A stretch of 64,000 bases of DNA from Blastocladiella emersonii ATCC 22665. Its lineage: Eukaryota > Fungi > Blastocladiomycota. Location of the stretch: the NCBI GenBank assembly GCA_025594325.1, contig JANHCV010000002.1:124001-188000 (forward strand), in the 5' to 3' direction. The notes under the pieces were generated by a model that made no database searches, was not told the DNA's origin, and worked only from the letters and a program-made list of their open reading frames with translations. The translations under genes were made by a program, and so were the position numbers. Every line of letters begins with the position of its first letter. Position 1 is the first letter of the stretch. Positions 20,536 through 32,200 of this stretch are shown here, piece by piece.

Positions 20536-23497
20536 CTAGGCCGAGTTGCCCGACAGGTTGAGCTCGGAGCGCGACGCCGTCTTGGGCGTCGACGTGCCGT
20601 CGCCGGCGGGCTCGACCTGGAAGTCGACAAAGTGCGTGATCATGTCACCCTTGCCCTTGATCGGGATCGGCCCGCGCTCGATGAAGGCAAAGTCGGGCAC
20701 CTCGGCGACCGCGGCCCGGTAGCCGCTCGACACCTGGATCTTGCCCGGGGTCGACGTCGAGCACATGCGGCTCGCCACGTTGATCGTGTCGCCGAACAGG
20801 CAGTAGTGGATCATCTTGTTGCCCACGACCCCCGCAAAGCACGGCCCGCAGTTGAGCCCGACGCGCAGCGGGATCGTCGACCAGTCCACGTCCAGCTCGA
20901 GGTCGTGCACCGCCAGATCGTGCACCGCCGTCATGGCGTCCAGCGAGAAGTCGAGCAGCGTCTGCGCAAACTCGAGCCGCTCCGCGGGACTCGTCTGCTC
21001 GCGAATCTCCTGCACGCCCGTCGCGACCATGTCTACACGGCGCGGGAGGGTAAGTCGGTGGCCGTCATCGTGGGTGCGTGCGAGTGGGAGGCGTACAGGT
21101 GTCCAGTACCGTCTCGACCTTGTACAGCGTCGGGTACCGCTCGAGGATCGTGTCGAAGCTACAAGTTTGCGAGCATGTCAGCGGGAGGGCTTCGGAACAC
21201 GACGGCTCAGCGCAACGTACCACTTGTACAGGCGGTCGAGCAGCTTGACGAGCTTGCGGCCCTTGCCGGTGGCCTTGGTAGCGAGCTCCTTGAACCCGTA
21301 CACGTCCATGAACCCGACACACACAAAGTCGAACGAGACGGGCTCGGGGATCTTGCCCTCCTTGAGCTGGGCCGTGACGAACTTGGGCAGCATCTGCTCG
21401 AGGAGGCCGTTGGACGAGTCCGTGTCGAGTTGCTTGTCCATCTGCGACTCGATCACCTCGTTGCGCGACATGGTGGCGAGCAGCTCGGACATCTCGACGG
21501 CGTGGTCCGACTTAATCTGGCGCGTCTCCTCCTCCTGCTCCTTGATCAGGTCGCCCGTCACGCGCTTGTGCTCCTTCTGCAGCATGCGGAACTGGTCGCG
21601 GTGCTGCCGCAGCAGCGACTCGGTGTTCTCGCGCTGCTGCCGCTGCAGCATCTTGATGCGCTCGCGGCCCTTGCGCAGCTGCTCGAGAATGTCCTGCTCC
21701 TGCGCCTCGGCCAGGTTCTTGGACCGGTCCGCGCCCTGATCGAACCCGCCGCCGTGGCCGTGGCCACCGCCGTGCGCTGCGACGACCTGGCCCTCGCCGC
21801 CTTCGGCGCCGTTCGCCTCGTCGTGCTCGGTCTCGCTCGTGGCGCCCGACGTCATGGACTCGGAGTCGGACCCCGTGTCGCTGGACGTGTCCGAGTCGCC
21901 GTCACCGTTGGCGCCCGAGGACGCGGCGAGCAGCTCGTCGGCGGCCATGAAGGTGCGCTGGCGGAGCTTGGCCGTGTGGCGCTGCTGGCGCTCGAGGAAG
22001 CGGGCCTGGCGGCGCTGGCGCGACTCGAGCTGGCCGCGGATCTGCTTCTGGCGCTCGCGCAGGTGGTTGGCCTTGATGAGGGCCTGGTCCGTGTTGACCT
22101 GGTCCTGCGCGGCCTGCAGCTCCATCTCGTGCTTGGCCTCGAGCGTCAGCTCCTCCTCGCGGTGCACCTGCGCCATGTCCTCCAGCGCGTTCAGCTCGTC
22201 CACCTCGTGCTGCAGCGTCTCGGTCATGTGCTTGATCTTGATCAGCTGCAGCTCGCGCAGCTGCTCCGCCTCCTTCTGCTGCTGCATCCGCAGCTGGTGC
22301 GCCGCCACCTCGTTGGCCTTGACCTTGACCCGCCGGTCCGACTCGCTCAGCGAACGCATCTCGAGCTCCTGCACCAGCTTGAGGTTGTTGGCGATGCGCT
22401 CCTGGCCCTTCTTGAGGTCCTCGCTACAGCGGGATCGGCGCGATACGAGGTGTGTCAGTCGGAGACGAGCACATGAGCCGATCCGCGAGCACGTACCGCT
22501 CGGCGACCTGGCGCGCCTCGAGGTTGCTGATGAGCATCTGGAAGGCCTCGCGCTTCTGCTTCATGCGGCGGCGGTGCGCGACCTCGCGCTCGCGCGCCTC
22601 CTCGAGCTGAACGAAACGCAGCTTGAGGTACATCCACCGGTCGCTGATCTTGCCGAGGCGCAGCTTGTTGAGCTCGGACTGGAGCAGGGCCTCGGCCTGC
22701 GCGCGTCATGGAGCGGATACGTAGCCGCGAGAAGCGAGAGCGAGAAGAGAGCATGGAGGAGCCACGAGCGAGCAACGGGGTTAATGCGCCAAAGATCAGG
22801 AGGATCAATAACGGATCAAGCGGGGAAGGGAGGGAGGGAGGGGCGGCCGTGGCAGCTTGGCGAAAACGTGTCGCCGGTGGTGCTGCAGCTGCGTGTTGCG
22901 AGGTGTCGATGCATAAGCGCGAGGAGGGAAGAGAGCGAGCGAGGGTACGGGCGAAAGGGAGAAGCGAGTGGGGTCGGCGCACGAAGGCACCCGGCGTGTA
23001 AGCGTGGGTCGGTCAGAGCGACGCGGCCGCCGGGAGGGCGAGCCGGCGTCGTGCACTTTGGGAGGAGCCAGAAGAGGGAAAGTGCGGGAGGAAAGGACAC
23101 GGCGGTCGAGTAGGAGACTGCGACGAGGCGAGCAAAGCGAGAAACATACCAGTTCGCGCTGGCGCAGGTCCGTCTGGCGCCGCTCCGTGAGCTGCGACGT
23201 GTACAGGTTGCGGGCCTCGGTCAGCGACGCCTCGCGGATGTTGGCTACACGGAGGTGAGCGTGAGCGGTCCGGGCCACGAAACCGAGCGAGCGAGCGAGC
23301 GAGCGAAGCGTACCCTGCTCCTGCTCAAAGTGCTTGAGCTTGCGCTGCGACTGGACCTTGGCCTCGACGTCCTCGCGCAGGGCGCGCATCGAGCCCGAGA
23401 GCGCATAGTCGTACTCGATCTTGCGCTGCTCCGACTTGGTCGGGGCCTGCAGGTTCATGGACGAGCCCGCGGCCGACGGGGATACGGAGCGCGACAT
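20536..23497 (-). CDS. Soluble class III nucleotidyl cyclase (guanylyl-type) with long N-terminal coiled coil
   Basis: Spliced cyclase domain: FMDVYGF (Asp1), YKVETVLDTY (Glu specificity residue, Asp2), LRVGLNCGPCFAGVVG, HYCLFGDTINVASRM (Cys, Asn, Arg). The N-terminal exons encode E/Q/R/K-rich coiled coil; no TM segment seen. Confidence 0.85.
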
Positions 23498-24124
23498 GGT
23501 GTGGCTGTTCGGCGGGCGCGATGAGCCGGCGGATCGCGATCATACGAGCGAGCATGCGGGTGAGATGGAGGGGACGAGCGGGGCAAGCAAGGCCGGCGCC
23601 GGCGCACCTCTGATCGATGCGCAGAAATTCGGACTCGGCAGGCATGAATGGAGGGGATTGGGGGCGAGCGTGTTTCTAGTGTGGGCCGGTGTGCGAGACC
23701 AAGTATGGTGTGCAGTGATATGCGCCCCGCGGGCAGGCGAGAGAGAGAAGGGGCCGGGCCGCGGGGGAGGGCGAGGCGCAGCGGCACTGTCAATCGAGTG
23801 GGAGAGCGCGCGGGCCCGATGGCCGCCTCGCCGCCGTTCGGGGGCAGACACCCGCGCCAGCGCGGTCGGCGCGTCCGCCAGAGTCCCCGCACGCGTCTCC
23901 CGCCTTCCTTGCCGGTGGTGCGGTAGGTCGGTGGGGGACGCGACGCGACGCGCGCGCGTCTCACGCATGTGCGATTCGCGTGACGGCGGGCGTGACGCAC
24001 TGCCCCTGGCGCGGGCCGTCTCCCGTCTCCCCCCCGCTGTCTCCCTCCCCGCTTTCATTCATTCGCCAATATCAGATCCATGTAACTGCCCGCAACGGGC
24101 CGCGCCGATCCCCGCGAGCCCTCG

Positions 24125-27100
24125 ATGAAACCCCACCATGGACGCGGCCGACCCGCCCCCGGCCCGCCCGCGGTCCCCGCCAGCAACTACCCGCGCCCGC
24201 CAGACCTGCGCCAGCACCCACCGCCCGTGCCTCCAGAACCGGCGCGGGCTGCGGGCGTGGGCAACCCGTCGAACCTGACGCCACCCTCGCACACGCCGGC
24301 GCGCCAGTCGCAGCTGCATCGCCACTTTGACGTGACCCCGTCGCACGCCTCGGGCGTCCACCTCGGCGTCACGTCCGTCGTCCACTGGGGGAGCAGTCCG
24401 CTCGCCGACGACTCGCCGCGGGGAGGTCTTGCGCCCGCCGCGGGGGGTCCATTGGCGCGCGGCGCTTTCGACCAGCCGCCGACGGGCCGTATCCGCCAGT
24501 GGTCCGGCGCGGGGCCGGGAGCTGCGCCCGTGCGACATCATGGTCATTCCGCGGTACCGCGGACGCCAAGGCGCGCTGCGACGGCTCCGCGCGTCGACTG
24601 GGCCGATTCGCCCGCGTCGGTCGGGGTATGCACTCGCGCTTGACTTGACTCTTGTCCTTGATCTCACCCTGGCGCCCTTACCGCGCGTAGTCGAACGGAA
24701 AACGCACGGGCGAGACCGACTCGCCGTCGCACCGCTCCGCGAAGCGCGCCAAGAGCGAGGCCGCCGCGATCGCCGCCGGTCGTAACACGCTCGACCCGTC
24801 GCTCCTCACCGAGCTGCAGCGCGAGGTCGCCGCCGCGGCCGCCGCCGTGAAGCAGCCGTCGGTCCGACGACCTGTCGCGGACTGGCCGCAGCAGCAACAC
24901 CATCAACATCCGAACCTCGCCCGATCCACGTCGAACGGCAGCAACTCGAGCGGCTCCGGCATCCGACGACCGCACATCCAGCTCGAGCTCGAGGACCCCA
25001 TTGATCTCGCCCCGCCTCGCCCGCCACCGCCACTGCCGCTCCCGCGGTCCACGTCCGCGACGGTTGTGATTGACGGGCTCGCGTTTGATCTCGACGGCTT
25101 CGATGATGATGACGATGACGAGGAGGAAGAAGAAGAGGAGGACGATGATGACGACTTTTGGTCTCACGTCGCGTCCACCGCCATTCAGCCTGCCGCCGCT
25201 GCTGCTACCACCAACACGGTCCCGCGCGGCCCGGCGCGAGCGGCTGGCGAGCACTCGAACCCGGCGTACCACCCTACTCCCTCATCATCCTCCTCCGCCT
25301 CGACCAACGACTCGGCCGCCTTCCGCGCGCTCCCGTCCGACCCGCTGCCGTGCTGGCGGTTCCGCGTGCTGTTCGCCGAACCGCCGTCGCCCGGCTCGCG
25401 CGAGCTGCGCGTCCACGCGCTCCCCGAACACGTCCACGCGCCCGCCGCGACGCGCGCCGCGCTCCCGACCCCCGTAGTCCTGTCCCTGCGCGACGAGTGG
25501 GCCGCGACGCGCGTCGAGCCCGGCGACGTGCTGCACATCGTTGCGACGCCCGAGGGCGAAACGGCGCCACCCGCCGGCGAGGCGGAACGTCTGCTCGATC
25601 ACGCACGCGACCGCGACCAGGGCGACCCGCCGCGCACCGTCGACGCGTACACGCACCTCGTCGTTGTGCACCCGGACGTGCTCCTGTCCGGCAGCATGGC
25701 GTCCGAGGCCAACGGGTGTGTCCGCCGCGCCGTGCTCAAGGAGCGGTACCGGTTCGCGGGGACCAGTGTCGCTGCTATGCTCGGGACCCTGGGTCACGAC
25801 TGCGTGCAGCGCGTGCTGGGCAACCTCGATCTCGACTTTGACGCGGCCGCCGCCGCGGCGATCCGGAAGCATGCCGTCGGGCTCGCCGCGATCGGGTACT
25901 CGACGCCGCAGGCACTCGAGTACCTCCGCGACATGTACGAGAAGGTGTGGTCCGGGTTCCTGCGCCCGCTATTCGCCGGGTACAACCCGACGCCGCCCGC
26001 CATCAGCGGGAGCGCCGTCGAGACGGTGCGCGTCGACGCGGTGCTCGACATCGAGGAGAACGCGTGGTCGCCGACGTTCGGGCTCAAGGGTAAAATGGAC
26101 GCGACGCTGCTCACGCGCGTGCACGCCGCGTCGCACGCCGCCAGGGTGCAGCGGTACCGCCCCGGCACCACGGCGGCGCAGCAGCAGCAGCAGCGCAACC
26201 CGCGCGGCGGCGCGGCCGAACCCGCCGGCCCGGACCGCCGCGGGAACATGACGCTCGAGATGAAGACGGGCAAGACGCGCGACGCGCACCGCACGCAGGT
26301 CCTCATGTACCACCTGCTGCTGCTGGACGCGTACCGCGTTCCCGCGCTGACGCCCGTCGGCGGCATGCTGTACAACCTCAAGGACAACGACGTGGACGTG
26401 GTGATGCTGCACCACGGCGAGCTGCGCGACCTGCTCATCATGCGCAACGCGCTCGCCGCGGCGATCCGCCGCCCGCACGCGCTCCCGCCCGTCCTCGGCC
26501 CCGCCGCCGCCGCCGATGCGTGCGCACGGTGCTTCCAGTCCGCTGAGTGCATGGTCCTGCACCGCGTCCTCGAGCACGGGTCCGCGGCGACCATGGGGCT
26601 CGACGACTGGGACGCGCGCGTCGGCCACATCACGCCCGCCCACGCCCAGTTTCTCCGCCACTGGCTGCACCTCCTCGCACTCGAGGCCGAGGAGAATGAC
26701 GCCAAGATGGCCCGCATCTGGCTCGACGAACCGTGTACCGCCGCCGCCGAGTCGGCCGGCGCCGCGCCCGCAGCCGTCGGCGCGTTCCGCCAGGGCCAGT
26801 TCCGCGGGCTCACGTACGTCAGCACGGTCCCCGCCGCGGTCGCCAACGGCGCAGCGACGCGCGGGGCAGCTACGGCCGCGGCGCCGCGGTTCCTCGCGCG
26901 GTTTGCGGTCCCGAAACCCGTGCCGTCGCAGCACACCAGCAGCCAGGCGCACGCCGCCATCGACACGCTGAGCGTTGACCCACTCCCGTTCGCGCCGGGC
27001 GACGTGGTGGTCGTGAGCCGCGAGGGCGGGCCGTACGCGCTGGTGCAAGGGCTCGTGGACTCGGTCGACCGGCACGGCGCCGTGGTGTCGACGGACCGGC

Positions 27101-28773
27101 CGCTGCGGTTCGACGCGGCGGCGGTGCGCGGCGACCGGTTCCGCATCGACGTGTTCGAGGCGTGGGGCGCGTCGACGGCCACCATGCACCACAACCTCCT
27201 GTCGCTGTTCCTGCCCGTGCACTCGCGGCTGCGCGAGCTGATCGTCGACCTGGTCCCGCCGCGCGTCGCGGCCAACCCGCCCGACCCGGGCCTCCTGCCG
27301 GCCGCTGCCGCTGCCCTCAACGACCGCCAGCGCCGCGTCATTGCGCAGTGCGCGGTCCATGACCAGGACTACACGCTGGTCGTCGGGATGCCCGGTACCG
27401 GCAAGTCGCACACGCTCGCGCACCTGCTCGCCACGCTCGTCCGTATGGGACTCCGCGTGCTGCTCTCGTCGCACACGCACAGCGCCGTCGACACGGTCCT
27501 GCTCAAGGCGAAAGAGCTCGCGGTCCCGTTCGTCCGGCTCGGCGAGTCGTCGCGCATCCACCCGGAGATCCGCTCCGCCATGGTCACGGGCCACGCGACG
27601 CCCGAGGCCGTCCAGGCGGCCGTCGACAACGCGCGCGTCGTCGGCGTGACGTGTCTCGGCGTCACCCACCCGCTGCTGTCCCCGCCGCCGCCCACGCCGC
27701 AGGACGGCGGTGGAGGCGCACTGGAGGGTGGAGGCGGCGGTGGCGGTGGCGGTGGGAACCGGACCAACGCGTCGGCGACGGCCATCACGGCGCGCGCCGC
27801 CATGTTCGACGTGTGCATCGTCGACGAGGCGTCGCAGATCGCGCTGCCGACGATCCTCGGCCCGCTGTCGTTCGCGCGCCGGTTCATTCTCGTCGGCGAC
27901 CACCACCAGCTCTCGCCCGTCGTCCGGTCCTCGGCCGCCGCCGCGGGCGGGCTCGCCAACTCGCTGTTCGAGCGGCTCATCGAGGCGCACCCGCGCGCGA
28001 CCGTCGACCTCGACGTCCAGTACCGCATGAACAAGGACATCATGGCCCTCGCCAACGCCACCACGTACCAGAACCGCCTCACGTGCGGGTCCCCCGCCGT
28101 CGCTAACCGCGCCTTGCCCCTGCGCCGCCCGCTTGCGGGGGGTTTGCCGCCGTGGATCCGCGCCGTCCTCGACGGACCCGCCGTCGCGTTCGTGCACGTC
28201 CCGCGCGCCGTCGAGACGACAGTCTCGGGTCCCGCACCCGCCGTGGGAACCACCGGAGGCGCGGGCCGCGGCGGCGGTGGGAACGGCGGCGGCGTGATCA
28301 ACACGGAGCAGGTCGACATGGTCCGCGCGCTCGTCACGGCGCTCGTCGTGCACGGCGTCCGCGCGCGGGACATTGGCGTGATCACGCCGTACCGCGCGCA
28401 GCTGCGTCGGATCGCGGCCGCGCTGCACCACCACCACGCGCCGGCGCGCGCGGCGGCCCAGCTTTCGGGGACCGCGCTCGCAGCCGCGCTCGTGGACGCG
28501 TCGGCGGCCGCGGACCTCGCGCCCGTCGAGTGCCTGACCATCGACCAGTACCAGGGCCGCGACAAGGACGTGATCGTGGTGTCGCTGGTCCGGTGCAACG
28601 CGCACGGCCAGGTCGGCGACCTGCTCATGGACTGGAAGCGGATCAACGTCGCGCTCACGCGCGCGAGGGCGAAGCTCGTCTTGATCGGGTGCGCGACCAC
28701 GCTGCGCAACTCGCTGCTCTGGACCACGTTCCTCGACGTGATTGAGCAGAATGGGTGGATGATCAGTGTGTGA
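24125..28773 (+). CDS. DNA2: DNA replication helicase/nuclease Dna2
   Basis: 65-nt intron 24626-24690. Nuclease motifs WSPTFGLKGKMDAT, LEMKTGK, QVLMY; Fe-S Cys (GCVRRAVL, CARCFQSAEC); SF1 helicase GMPGTGKS, DEASQ, LVGDHHQL, QYRMN, TIDQYQGRDKD, RINVALTRAR. Confidence 0.97.
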
Positions 28774-28894
28774 TATTGGTTGGGATAATGCGAGTGTAGC
28801 ATAGCCATCTGTTCGTTGTTTTGGAGAGGGACCCTAAACCTAACCCTCAACGCAAACCTGGAGGGGCGGCGTGGGGCCGCGAATGGGAAAGAGG

Positions 28895-28899
28895 AAAAA
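28895..28899 (-). terminator. RNA polymerase III terminator (T5) of the tRNA gene
   Basis: Minus strand reads ...GACGCTA ATG TTTTT CC, a few nt after the discriminator base. Confidence 0.7.
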
Positions 28900-28902
28900 C
28901 AT

Positions 28903-28974
28903 TAGCGTCTGTAGGTTTCGATCCTACGACCTCAGGGTTGTGAGCCCTGCGCGCTTCCTCTGCGACAAGACGCT
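28903..28974 (-). tRNA. Initiator-type tRNA body carrying a CAC anticodon (tRNAi-CAC)
   Basis: Minus strand AGCGTCT TG TCGC AGAGGAA GCGC G CAGGG CTCACAA CCCTG AGGTC GTAGG ATCGAAA CCTAC AGACGCT A (72 nt). A1:U72, G29-31:C39-41, A54/A60 T-loop and 7-nt D-loop are initiator hallmarks; anticodon CAC; U10:C25 mismatch. Confidence 0.9.
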
Positions 28975-29253
28975 TTAGTCGACCAAACATAGGTTTTAAT
29001 ATGTTCCGCTCTGCGTCGCCTTATACCTTGCTGTGAAGAGTGCCGACATCAGGCCCTCAGCACAGACGCGACGACGAGGCGAGCGAGCGGGGAAAATAAA
29101 CGTGCTTTAGATTGGCTTCGTAACTCTGCTGCGCCGTTGCAGCCTTATGACGGGGGTTGGTGTGGGTGGTTGCTATAGACAAAAAGGGCTCAGCCGCCAG
29201 CGGCGATGGGCATCGGGGGTGGGTGATATAGACAGGGTGGCGATGGTGCCGCT

Positions 29254-32200
29254 CTACTGCGGCAGGCTCGGGCCGGCGGACGGCGCGGGCCGCGCAGCGG
29301 CCTGGGCGGCGCCCGTGAGGACCGGGCGGTCGTTGGGCATGTACGCCGGCTGCGGGAGCGCGGCGGCCTCGAGCGGCGACTCGACACGGTGGCCGAACAC
29401 GCCGACACGGGGCAGCGACAGCGCAGCGGAGGTAGGGGGGGCCGGCATGGTCGCGTCTGCGGTCGTCGCGCTGGTCACCGGGGCCGACGAGGGCGCGCCG
29501 CTGGCCGACGAAGCAGCTGCGGCAGCGGCAGCAGCGGCACCTGCGCCGGTCGCGGTGCTCGGCTTGCGCTTGCGCTTCGAGGTGGCCGACGTGGACCCGG
29601 ACGCTGCCGCTGCCGCTGCCGCTGCCGCCGCGGTACTCGACCCGGACGCGTCCGCATCCGTGGCCCCCGCCTCGCCGCCGCTGCCGCCGCCGTTCGACTG
29701 CTTGCGCTTGCGCCCGCGCTCCTTCTGTGCGCGGTAGTCGCACACCTTACAGATCTTGCGCGCCTCCATGCCGAGCCGGTGGAACTCGGTGACGACGAGC
29801 TTGGACTCCTTGCACGACGCGCACTCGGCGTACTTGCCACGGTACCGCTCGCGGTACGCCGCGGCCGCCGCGTCCATGGCGCGCTGCCGCTTCTGCACGC
29901 ACGCGGCGCAGTACAGCGGCGACGACCGCATCAGCGTGCCCTCGGGCAGCGCGCACGCGGGGCACTCGCCGGGTGGGCGCGTCGGGGCGTTGGACGTGTC
30001 GGTACCGGTGCCGTCGGCGGCGGCGGGGGCGGCGAGGTCCGCGGCGGCCGTGGCGGTCAGGCCAGAGGCGTCCACGCCGAGCGCGACCGCGGACACGGCG
30101 GCCGTCATCGACTGCGCGCGGCGGCGCTTGGCCGTAGCCGCGGGCGACATCGAATCGACTGCGAGAGAGCCACGCCGGAGCCCCGCGGCGGCAGCAGCTG
30201 CAGCTGCAGCTTCGGCGTCGGTCGCCGCAGCCTCGGACACGGCGCCGACCTCAGTGGTGGGCCCCGTCTGGCTGCGGCGGCGGCCCTGGGCGGGAGTGGC
30301 GCCGGAAGAACCGGCCGCGGCAGCAGCAGCGGCAGCAGCAGCACGCGCCGACTTGTTCTTGGACGAGATGGCGAGCCCCGACGCGAACACGAGCGGCGGG
30401 TCCTTTTTAGTATCCGACGCGCCGCCCGCCGCCGCCGCCGCCGTCGACGACGACGATTTGGCGTTCCGCGTCGTGGACCGCAGCTGACGCTGGCGCGTGA
30501 CGGGCCCGCTGCGCGCCGGTGCCGGCGGGGCGGTGGCAGCCGTAGCCGAAGCGGCAACATCCACGTCCATGCGCTCCGCGTCCGCCGCACCCGCTGCCGC
30601 CGCGGGCGCCGGGTACGTCGACGGGATCGACACCGTGGTCCTGGGCGACGCGACCGTGACGTTGTTCCCGCGGCGCACAGCCGCCGCCGCCGTCGCCGCC
30701 GCGTGGGCGAGGTGGTGCGCGGCCGACGGCATCGAGAGGCATCGCTGGCGCGTGGCGCCCGCCGCCGTCGCGCGTGAAGCAGCACCGCTGCCAGTCGGCT
30801 CGATGGGCTGCGTGAGGAAGTGCTGCTGCTGGTCGGGCGCGCCCGACGCAAAGATGGACGCCGTCGACGGGCCGGCATCGGCGGCGCCCGGGATCACGAG
30901 CGCGGATGCGCCAATGGACCCGAATCCGGTCGGGCCGGCGGCGGGGATGGGCGAGGCGAGGTGGCGGCGCGGGTCGGTGGCGAAGACGGGCGAGTGCACG
31001 AGCATCGACGTGGTCCCGCCGCCGATGAGCGCGGCCGCAGCCGGGCTGGGCGCGGCGGCGAGGGCGACGGCGGACGCGAGCGACGCCATGTAGTCCGTGT
31101 ACTGGTTGCTGGCGGCGGGCATCGAGGCGCGGCGCGCCGCGAGCGCGTGCTGGTGCTGCTGCTGCTGCGACAGGACCTGCTGCTGCTGCTGCTGCTGGTG
31201 GTGGTCCTCGAGCGAGGGCGGCCGGTTGAGCTCGTGCGCGGCGGTCGGGAAGTCGCCGCCCATGCCCGTCGGCGTCGAGGACGTCGAGTCGATGCGGGCC
31301 TCGTCGTCCGAAGCCGCGCGCGCGCCCTCCTGCTGCTGCTGTTCAGCGGCCGGAGGAGCCGCGGCGGCGAGCGCGTCGGTGTTACCTCCGACCACGTCCA
31401 TGGGCTCGGCCGGGGCGGCGTTGCTGTCCTGCTGCTGCGGCACAAACTGCTCCTGGATCGCGGGGAACATCATGGCAGACTGGATCGCGCCCCAGCTGTT
31501 GGTGATCCCACCGGCGAGCCCCGCCGCCGCCGCCGCCATGTACCCGCCAGCGGTCGACGACGACGACGTGGTCGCAAAGTTGCCCGGCGTCGAGAGCGTG
31601 CGCTGGCGCTTCCGCGCGGGCCCCGTAACCGCGGCATCCGCGCCGTCGTCGCCGCCGCTCGGCGCGGCCCACTGCATCGTCACGGGCATCGCCATCTGCT
31701 CGACGAGCGCGGCCATGTCGGCGGCGGCCGCGACCGAGTGGTTGGGCGTGATGGGCGGCGAGTACGGGCCGGGCGGGACCGCGGCGTACGCGGACGGCGG
31801 GATCGTGTTGAGCGGCGCGAGGTGTGAGTGCGACGATGACAGCGGCGCGAGCGTCATACTGCCAGAGGCGGCGTCCGTGAACCGGTGCGGCGCGTCGGCG
31901 CCGGGCGTCGGGAGCGCGAGCCCACCAAACGTGCCGGACGCGCCGGGGCCGATGCCCGCGCCGGTCAGGAGCGTGGCGCTGCCGAGGAGCTCGAGGGTGA
32001 TCGGGGCGGTCGTGGTGGCGGCGGGGGCGAGGTACGCCGAGACCGCGGGCTGCGCGGACCCAGCGACGGCGAGCGGCGACGCGGGCGACGACGACGTGGC
32101 CGAGTGGCCGTTCCCGCTTCCCGAGTCGGTGGTGTTGGTCGAGGACGCGAGAGCAAGCGCCTCGTGCTGCTCGAACAAGTGCTCGAAACTCATCTCGGCG

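Noticed and set aside
28903-28974. Ordinary elongator tRNA-Val(CAC)
   Set aside because: The body has A1:U72, A54/A60 and the GGG/CCC anticodon stem and closely follows eukaryotic initiator tRNA; elongator Val tRNAs have G1:C72 and a TTC T-loop.
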